The notes beneath the pieces are model-generated. The model ran no database searches, was not told the DNA's origin, and was given only the letters and a program-made list of their open reading frames with translations. DNA of 20,000 nucleotides, from contig NC_057719.1 in assembly GCF_004010195.1 (NCBI RefSeq), positions 11,826,774 through 11,846,773 on the forward strand. Direction: 5' to 3'. Shown here in pieces: positions 19,667 through 20,000 of this stretch. The stretch comes from Chiloscyllium plagiosum (Eukaryota). Numbering within the stretch: the first letter of the stretch is position 1; each line of letters opens with the position of its first letter. A program made the position numbers and the translations under genes.

Positions 19667-20000
19667 GTAGTCCATGCTTATATTCTTTTTTCCAAAGTGC
19701 AAGACCTCGCTTTTGCTCACATTGAATTCCATCAGCCATTTCCTGGACCACTCTTCCAAACTGTCTAGATCCTTCTGCAGCCTCCCCACTTCCTCAGTAC
19801 TACCTGCCTGTCCACCTAACTTCGTATCATCGGCAAACTTCGCTAGAATGCCCCCAGTCCCTTCATCCAGATCATTAATATATAACGTGAACAGCTGCGG
19901 CCCCAACACTGAACCCTGCGGGACACCGCTTGTCACCAGCTGCCATTCCGAAAAAGAACCCTTTATCCTAACTCTCTGCCTCCTGTCAGACAGCCAATCC
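19667..20000 (-). mobile_element. CR1 LINE (subfamily B-like) RT fragment, runs off the window and is 3'-truncated at the Rex1 junction
   Basis: Peptide [41 protein letters not shown]...LHFGKKNISMDY. Homologous to 14395-14715. Confidence 0.9.

Overview
Eukaryotic (vertebrate) genomic DNA, most likely a shark (carpet/bamboo-shark type, inferred from the repeat families). The window is almost all intron. The only convincing host coding sequence is a 243-bp phase 0-0 exon at 7320-7562 (+). Its peptide ends PFVLDLKNFPDLTNADLNAQNPNIQ, the conserved isthmin motif, most likely ISM2 exon 2. The rest is dominated by dead retroelements: several CR1-clade LINEs, one Rex1/Babar LINE, tRNA-derived SINEs, a probable solo LTR and about nine short Penelope-like-element (PLE) terminal-repeat insertions. 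Nearly all ORFs in the supplied track are broken RT/endonuclease fragments or their antisense shadows. Four signals stand out. (1) Minimal type-I hammerhead ribozyme motifs recur in at least four sequence families, with covarying helix II and palindromic helix III. (2) These ribozyme-bearing units move as ~90-180 bp TSD-flanked inserts whose 5' ends sit at the ribozyme core. (3) A multi-level nest resolved by TSDs inflates one SINE to ~6.9 kb. (4) Long inverted CR1 copies flank the symmetric isthmin exon. All calls are by eye; no searches were run.
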